A stretch of DNA of 26,491 bases, from contig CBFFRP010000618.1 in NCBI GenBank assembly GCA_965644295.1, forward strand, positions 1 through 26,491, in the 5' to 3' direction. This document shows positions 12,901 through 21,400 of this stretch, one piece after another (the stretch's first letter is position 1; every line of letters starts with the position of its first letter). A program made the position numbers and the translations under genes. This stretch comes from Paraphysomonas bandaiensis. Taxonomy: Eukaryota; Protista; Chrysophyceae. Below the pieces are notes generated by a model. That model had not been told where the DNA came from and searched no databases. It saw only the letters and a list, made by a program, of their open reading frames with translations.

Positions 12901-15900
12901 TGTTTCATAGGATGGTTGGACAGCTCTTCTCTTGGCTGTATCTGAAGGTCACGAAGATATAGCTGAGTATCTTATAAAAGAAGGAGCAGATATTCATATA
13001 CCAAACAATGTAAGTAACCCTTCTTTAGATACATATAAACGCATACATATATACATATGATAATATGGTGTTATAAGGGCTCATATGTGATCCTTATAAT
13101 TGTATTATAGGATGGTTGGACAGCTCTTCTCTTGGCTGTATCTAAAGGTCACAGAGATATAGCTGAGTATCTTATAAGAGAAGGAGCAGATATACATACA
13201 CGAAACAATGTAAATAACCCCTCTACACATACATACGCATATATATATATATATATGTGAATGTATCGTGTTATAAGGGCTCATGTTTGATTATAATATA
13301 TGCTTCACAGGATGGTTGGACAGCTCTTCACTTGGCTGTCTCTGCAGGTCACAGAGATATAGCTGAGTATCTTATAAGAGAAGGAGCAGATATGAGTAAA
13401 CAAAGCAATGTTAGTAACCCTTCTATAGATTCATACCTACTTACATACATATATATATACATATATATTGTTATAAGAGGGTTCATATGTGATTATTATA
13501 ACTGTATTATAGGATGGTTGGACAGCTCTTCACAAGGCTGTCACTAAAGGTCACAGAGATATAGCTGCGTATCTCATAAGAGAAGGAGTAGATATTGAGA
13601 TAAGAAACAATGTAAATAACCCCGCCCCTCTACGCACATATATAGATATGCAAACATACATACATATACATGCACACACGTATAAGGGATCATTTTATAA
13701 ATTTTGATATATATATACCCCACAGACCCATTATGTGAAAAGACGATATGAACATGCGGCGACTGACTGTGCCACTTCTTTTTGTGATGTTAATAGTTTT
13801 TTTCGCAGAAGTGCAAGACTCCTGTTGACTTGGCAAATGATGAAGCGATGCGTGAGCTCATCATAAATGCACATGTTAGTATATATCCTGTACCCTTCAT
13901 CGCATTGTAGAGCTAGAAATATATCATATGTATAATTGTACAGGCAGAAAGGCAGAGACAGGAAGAGAACGCTGCTGCAGAGGTATGTGTGGCTGTGGTA
14001 TGATATGTTGCATAGTATTGCTACGGTTGGTGTGTACAGGTGTCGTGTTTTTGTTTTTGTTTTAATTGAGTGTGTGTGTATTATTGTATAGTCTGAGAGG
14101 CAGAAACAGGAAGAGGAAGCTGCTGCTGCAGAGGTATGTGTGTTACGGTGATATAGTTATATGGTATGATATGTGTGATTTCATTGGTGTTGTTAGTGTA
14201 ATATATAGATGTCCTGTTTGCTTTGGTTTTTATTGAGTTTGTTTGTATTGTATAGGCTGAGAGGCTGAAGCAGGAAGTGGAAGCTGCTGCTGCAGTGGTA
14301 TGTGTGTCATGAGTTATGTAACAGAAACATATATAAGCTTGCAGTTTATATATTATGACAACCTAACATATAGATGTTTGAAGTATACATGTGTCACACA
14401 CGAGTATATGTGTGAAGTATTCATATAGTACATATATATATGCAGTATGTATGTAACGTGTACATATAATTCGTACATTTATGTGCATGCAGTACGTATA
14501 TAATGCAGATATATATATGATGTAGTTATATATGGTATGATATTTTTGATATCATTGATGCGGTTGTTATGAGCAGGCTGCTCGACGATGTGCTTCCGAT
14601 GTCTCCGTTGTGCATTCGAAAGTTCTTGAAGTGAGGAGTTTGCGCAAGCCGGATTCAACCTCTCGTGACAAGAAGTTAATGTTCTTCATTGCTGATGATG
14701 ATCTACGCGACTCTGTAATGGGCCTTTTGTCGGCATTTGAAAGCAAAGACTCATGGTTAACAGCTCCCTGTATAGAGGCAGTGGAGTCAGTAGATGGTTC
14801 GGATAGTGTCTTCGCAGAATTGGAGCGGAAGCTTCTGTCCTTACAAGAGTCTATCCGCTGTCATGTAGAAAGTAAGGATGTTGATATGGAGTATCTACAA
14901 GGACTTCAGGGTGAGCGCGATAGTGTTCGGCGAGACCTAGTGTCTGTAATGCGGACAATCCTCGCAGCTCCCGTGGAAAAGTGGTTAGAGGTTCTGAAGC
15001 AAGTCTACGATGGGTGCAGATGGTCAGGAAATGAGGTGATTGAAGCTGTAGAATGCATTGGAGAAACCCGTCATATATCGTCTACTGAGCTGATGACGCT
15101 TCTGTCGGATTTCGAAGATAAGATGGGAGAATGGGTGGGTGAGTGCTCGCGCTCCCCCGCTGAGGAGACAGAGAGAGCACTTGCGGCATTTCATAAATGT
15201 TTGGGATGTGTTGGGGAGATGTTAGTTGATGAAAATAGCATGAGTATGCATAATCTGGAAGTTTGTTCGAAGGAATTGGATGAGTGTCTTCGTATTGAGA
15301 GGGATCACTGGCAGTACCCTATGCGTTTTTACCCAGATATAAGGCGAGATACCAGGGAAGCATGTGTAGCAGTCGCGCGGTTTACCACATACTGGTGTCA
15401 TAAAGCTTCCGAAATTGTGCAACAAAGGGCCAGAATACGTAACCAGCTCGAGGAAATGGAGGTTTGGGTTGATGGTCCTCCCAAAGGAGAAATCTTCTCG
15501 GGCCTATTGGACGATATTAGAAATGCTCAGAAGCGTATTGCGCAGTGCAAGTTTGCTATTGAAATTCAGGAACTTGAGGGTGATAAATGTGACAGAACGA
15601 GACAACAACAACTCGAGGAAGATATGAAAAATGCGAAAGTAGATCTTCAGCTCAAGCGTAACGCACTGTGCAAAGAGCGAGCTGCTCTCTCTCGAATAGC
15701 TTTGACTCATTTTCCCGAGATGCCAATCTTGTGTCCTGGGATTGGTTTTGACCCGAAAGATTTGCCTGACATAGCTAAGGGGTTACTGATAATTGACCGT
15801 TCGATTGGTGATTACTCTGATTTAGTCGAGAGCAACAGCCGAAACTTGGTTATGAGGGGTTGCTTTGCTAAGAGGAACGTATTTTTGAAAGCTTTTTCAT

Positions 15901-17561
15901 GCAGCAATGAGGACCAACAGAAAAGCTTCTGGCGGGAAGCTCGCATATTAGCTACCCATTGTCAAAGTCCGTACATAGCGGACATCACTGCTGTATTCCT
16001 TGAGAAGGGTAAAGCGTATATAGAAATGCCTTTCTACATAAATGGAAACTTAGCGCTGTACCTGGAGAGACAAAAGCATGGGTTAAGCATATTGTCCAAG
16101 CGTCTATTATGCAACGATGTGCTGAATGGGTTGGCTCATTTGCACGGCAATAATGTGGTACACTGTGATGTGAAACCAGACAATATCCTTATTTCGGATA
16201 GAGGAACCGCTATGTTAACGGATTTTGATATTTCTATCGACTCCTTGAGTCGAGACCAGTCTACTTTGGGCGGGAAAATGAGAGGGTCTCATGATTTTAT
16301 GGCTCCTGAGATATTCATTGGTAATTCTCCATCTTATGCTTCCGATATGTACTCCTTTGGTGTGTGTGTACTTCACATCTTTGGCCTCGAGTGTAATCGG
16401 GGCAGTATGGATAAATTTCTAGTGCACAAGATTCCTAAGTGTGATGGAGAACTCAATGATTTGAGGAACCGACTTAGGGAGGTTCTGTGTCAAAATCCGG
16501 AGGAACGACTTTCTTCCCGAGATGCACTACAGAAGTCTTTCTTCGCCATACAAGATTTAGCCAATGATATTCAAACCCTCCGGGAAAGAATCGTTTGTCA
16601 GGAGCGGGAGATAGCGCAGGAGCGGGAGAGACTGGAGAAGGAACAACAAGCTCGCATGCGAGTATGTTGTTTGTGTGATGAAGAGGTAGATATGTGTCAG
16701 GGGTTGCAGTGCAAAGGAGAGGCTCGGCACTTTACTTGTGAAAGCTGTCTTAACGCTTATGTCAAAGTTGAGGCCACGTCAGAGAGGGGCCGACGTCGAC
16801 TAGTTCACATTTGGGACATATCTGGGCAACGAGACCTTTACCTTCGAGGCAACAAAGGAGATATTTTGAGGGAGTTCAGGCAAGTAGCTAACAGCACAGA
16901 GTTACAGAAGCCTTGGCCTAACATGAGAGCCCCTGAGTTTAACGAGGTTTGGGAAGAACGAACAGATTACGGTGGCGAGTTCCGGATCATGTGTCCCTAC
17001 CATTCTCACGGATGTAATGTGGGTCCCTTTGATTCCCATAAAGTGGTACGACTGTTAACAGAAGAGGTTCACCGTTTATATCAACGCAGTGAGCGTGAGC
17101 TTGTTGCTTGGCGAGAAATTTGCCATTACGAAGAGGCTCAGCGGCTGGAGAAGATCCGCCTGGCTGCCTTATCTGAGAAGGACAGAGAGATACAAACTCA
17201 CGGGAACTACATTAGGAATTGTATTTTGTCCCTCAGATGTCCGAGATGTGCGTGGCTGTTCACTCCAGATAGCTTAGACTACGGCCATTGTCTAGCTCTT
17301 TATTGTCCGAATTGCAACTGTGGTTTCTGTGGATACTGCCTACACGACTGTGGCGACGATGCCCACCAACACACTGCCAATTGTAGATACAATAATCGTA
17401 GACCTAATGTATTTAGCCGTCGGGCGGACTATGAGGAGTCCCAGCGGCTTCGTAGGACGGAGTTGTTGAAAGCATACTTAGCTACTATTCGTGTGGGAAT
17501 TCGTGAGGAGGTAATAAACGCTGTGACGGAGATCATTTCAGAATTAGGGATCACTATCTAA
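9950..17561 (+). CDS. Gene C: ankyrin-repeat / coiled-coil / protein kinase / RBR-like E3 ligase protein, 24 exons, ~1679 aa (paralog of gene A)
   Basis: Exon 1 is 9950-10033 (MFKAAREGK...EKDQ; first in-frame ATG, an upstream exon is not excluded). Eighteen 99-nt exons start at 10120, 10302, 10494, 10672, 10875, 11097, 11296, 11492, 11681, 11875, 12074, 12274, 12468, 12700, 12911, 13111, 13311 and 13513. Then cap exon 13809-13874, micro-exons 13944-13982, 14092-14133, 14256-14297, and terminal exon 14577-17561. All are GT-AG, phase 0 and stop-free. Kinase ~15810-16545, RING1 16665-17015, Rcat 17238-17384. Confidence 0.92.
10120..13611 (+). repeat. Ankyrin exon-intron tandem array of gene C (18 internal repeats, ~180-230-bp period)
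   Basis: Each unit is AG|GATGGTnnnACAGCTCTT...GGTCACAGAGATATAGCTGAGTATCTTATAAGAG...|GT plus an intron with conserved ends and a TA/CA microsatellite core. Confidence 0.96.
13944..14297 (+). repeat. Three helical-linker micro-exons of gene C
   Basis: AERQRQEENAAAE (39 nt), SERQKQEEEAAAAE (42 nt), AERLKQEVEAAAAV (42 nt), each flanked by AG and GTATGTGT. Their introns are more diverged from each other than those in gene A. Confidence 0.88.
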
Positions 17562-17828
17562 TATTATGTTGTGAGCGATGAGCAGTTATGATATATATAT
17601 GTTGGATCGCATTGGTTAGGGAGAAATGTATTCAAACACATAATCTGTAATAGTCTGAAATACCCATCGTGATGTATAAACTCTCCACATATAATTTTGT
17701 CTTGAAAAGGGTGTCATATGAATTGTGTTATAGGAAAGTGCAATCAGCCCAGTGTAATACGAATAGATTTTATAATTTTCACGCAGCATTTATATAACCA
17801 CCCCATTCGAGAGCATTCATCCCAGAGT
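14540..17828. repeat. Right arm of the inverted segmental duplication (partner 1-~3290)
   Basis: Reverse-complement match to the window start, covering the acceptor of the terminal exon, the whole exon and the 3' flank. Confidence 0.95.
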
Positions 17829-18477
17829 AATTATAAATGGATCTATAACTGAAAGTCTTTATATTTAGCAATAGGCGTTATAAACCTGTACCAATATAGT
17901 GGCTAGTTGAATGGCTAGACATACTAGCTAGCTAAATGAAGATATTTATCACAGTGTGGAAAATATTATTTATTACTTACTTACATAACACTTCAGTTTT
18001 ACAGTAATAAAGTCAACGACTACACAATTCAAGCTATTCAGTCATTAGCATAAAGTTATTGTTTGTACGACACCCCACGAATATTACGTCGACGTGTCAT
18101 CCGATCATAACATTCTCAGATAAGAGCACGCATTGGTTCACTCATTCTGTTGTAGGATTTGTCACTATTACCCATTGCTGTTTTTAGTCCTTTTCTTTGA
18201 CGAAGTTACTGTAGATAATATATATAAAACAAACACTAATATACTTAATAATATAACATAAATATACATAATAATATCAACCTGCTGCTAAGTGCCTCAA
18301 GTAACTTGCCGCTAGCTTGTAGACATGCTGTCCATTATTATAGTTGATGTCGTAAAAGTATTTTTGCTGTATACCTGAGTATACCTCTTAAATTTAATTA
18401 AATATATGTGTTACATGTAGCTACTTACCTCAGAAGTAATACCTCTTAAATTGTATATGATGTTGGAGTGAACAATG

Positions 18478-21400
18478 TTAATCTGATTCATGGTCTGACA
18501 CTTCTTGTTCTTCATCCTCGAAATCACCTTCTGTTAAACGGGTTGCATTTATACGCACCTGCAGTAGCATTTTTCCTGTTGACGTAACGTCGTGCTTCTG
18601 CTCCAAAGTACGGTGCATTGAGCGCTCCTCTCGGTTCGCCAGGTAAAGATCTGATGCGTTGCGTTCGGCTACATGACCGGTCGTACCCTCCTCTAAGCGC
18701 ACAAGGTTTAATATATTCACCTGGCAGTACTAGTTTAACATCGAAACATAGAGTACACAGCACACTAGAACAACTGCCGTCACTAAATCACTACATATCC
18801 ATGCATGTACTCACTCTGTTGTACAGTTAACCGTAGCAAAATAATCGAATGTCATTATTACAACGTTGTACACTCGTTACTGCCTGCTATTAATTAAAAC
18901 TCTTCTTAAACTAATTCTTCCATATAACACACTTGCTAGCACGAACAAGTACATATGGTAACAATTGCACGTCATGGTACTCATACATCTCCGGCATCTC
19001 CGTTTGGTACAGCAGCGTACTCAATACGATTAACATGACTACGCACATTTCGTAGCTCCATGGTGATGTTATTGATATCACCAAACAATTGCTCCCACCG
19101 CCGGTTCTTCAAATTTTCGCTTCGCAGTTTCGATTTAAGCATTTCATCACTGACAACTGTCAAAATGACACCAACAATGATAATCAGCCATTCAAACCAG
19201 CGCGGTGCTGTCAAGTGAAATATGTCTTGAACCACGGGAACAAATACAACAATGAAAGTACAAGACATACTGAAAAGAATGGCCTTGATCATTGCAGTGT
19301 TACGGAAAGGATCATTGCGGATGGCCAAACTGAAAGATCTAGCAGTCAGAGGTCGCAAACACTCTGCAAAAGTAATAATAAGGAACACCATTGTCCGGGC
19401 AATCTTTAGTCCATCTTTTACACAGTCACCTGACTCCACTTCCACCCAAGTTCCACTTGACGTCAACTGATTACACTGTGTGATGAGATCGCCATCATCA
19501 TTGTACATATTGTCGATAAGCACCACACCAATATTCCACCACAAGCCCATGAAGAATGTAAGCAACATAAAAACGACAAGTACAGTGGCGTGTCCAAGAA
19601 TGCCGACAGCGATCACTCCGCTGAGAATTCTGGAATTTTTCTTTCTAGGAGGTTGTCGCATGACGTCTCCTTCTGGATCCTCAATACTGAGTGCAACGGC
19701 CGGCATTCCGTCAGTGATCAAATTGATAAACAGAATCTGCAGCGGTTCCAACGGATTCGGCATGCCGATAAGAAGAGACAATAAGATCACAAGAACTTGA
19801 GACCAGTTAGTGCCAATAAAATACATGACAAATTTGCGCAGATTGCTGTATATAGTTCGAACCCATTTCAATAGCACCAACAATCGAAGAAAATTTATCG
19901 TCAGTTAAAATCATATCAGAGGCTGCTTTGGCTACTTCCGAGCCTGCTATACCCATCGCAATACCAATATTTGCTTGCCTCAAGGCAGGGGCATCATTTA
20001 CCCCATCTCCTGTCATTCCGCATACTTTGCCTTGTCGCTGAAAAGATTTCACAATTTGAATTTTGTCCTCTGGTCGTGCCCGAGCAAAGACAAATGTGTG
20101 CCAGCGTTATTTCATCGATTTCCCGAGCACTCAAATAGTCACCATTGGGTCGGAGTACAGAGCAGTCGACGGCACACTCAGTTTCATCCATCGTAGGCCC
20201 AACTATGTTAATCATCTTAGCGATTGCTACAGCAGTTTTTAAGTAATCTCCGGTGATCATAACAGTCCGAACACCACCTTCCTTTGCCGTCAAAACAGCT
20301 TTCTTACCCCTGGTCGAGGGGGGGGTCCATCATACCTATTAGGCCTGAGAATACCATATTGGACACGAGCACATCTGAGCTTATCTTCAGTGGGGACAGA
20401 CTCGTCATCCTCATCAACAGCTATAGTCGTAGAACGACGATAGCAGGCCGCAAGAACACGTAAACCAAGATCAGATAGGCGGTCACATTCCTTGACGATA
20501 TCGCTCCGCATGTCAGCAGTGAGTTCAGTGACAACGGTGACCAGACCCATCATGCTCGTCACGAATCACGTATTTACACTTATTTAATAGGACAAGTGGG
20601 GCCCCTTTGGACATTACAACCAAGTTGTTTTGGTCATTTGCTTTGTCTGAAGATGAGTTCGGGGCAGGTATAAAATATTTGAACCGCTCTTCTTGGAGTC
20701 TATGCACTGAGGCCATCATTTTGAACTTGGAGCCAAATGGAACAACACACTCCTGAGGGTTTGACTTTCTGTACTCTCCCGTGTGGCGATACCGAATTTT
20801 TGGGAGGCTACAACCAGGGCCGCTTCGGTGGATGTACCAATAGGAACCCACTTGCCTTCATTGTAACGTAGACCGAGCTGGCATATAGCACGAGTCACCA
20901 TTGTGGCAGCCAGTGCAACAATCGACTGAGAATGAGGACCGTTTGTCACTTGGTTATCTTTTGAGTCCATCACATGGCCTTGCGTCGGATCATATCCACT
21001 CCCACTCAATGCTGTAGAGTCTCTCGTACGTCCACATCTGGGTGGCGGTCATTTTCCCAGTGTAAGGGTTCCAGTCTTATCACTGCATACAACAGAAGCA
21101 GACCCCAGAGTCTCGACAGCGGGCAAACGGCGAATCAAAACATTTCGCTCTGACACAGCGTGTGTTCCTAGTGCCAAGCACATGACAACAACAAGTGGAA
21201 GTCCCTCAGGAATCGCAGACACAGCCATACTAACCGCAAGCATCAAACTCTGGAGCCAAGGAGGATTGTCTTCATTATTCGGGTCTCTAAAGTTACGTAA
21301 AATACCGATAATTATCACCAACACAGCACCAGTAATCGCAAAGCCAGTCATAATGAGACCCAAATGATGGATTTCATCTTGTAAAGGAGTTCGCTTCGGC

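Noticed and set aside
10034-13611. CRISPR-like regularly spaced repeat array
   Set aside because: The conserved units are 99-nt ankyrin-coding exons with GT-AG boundaries. The spacers are homologous introns, there are no cas genes, and the context is eukaryotic.
16790-16900. A ROC/small GTPase domain in genes A and C
   Set aside because: Only a WDxxGQ-like peptide is present, with no P-loop, G4 or G5 motifs.
1-17828. Inverted arms as terminal inverted repeats of a large transposon or Polinton-like element
   Set aside because: The arms are paralogous genes and the interior holds IQUB and SOD1. No transposase, integrase, polymerase or capsid is visible. The outer end lies beyond the window, so this is not fully excluded.
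18360-18452. Short direct repeat ATACCTCTTAAATT and weak similarity to 5780-5850
   Set aside because: Too short and low-complexity to support an element.
19089-19800. Plus-strand ORFs opposite the ATPase, and other short antisense ORFs over A, C and IQUB
   Set aside because: Shadow frames of real coding sequence with no motifs of their own.
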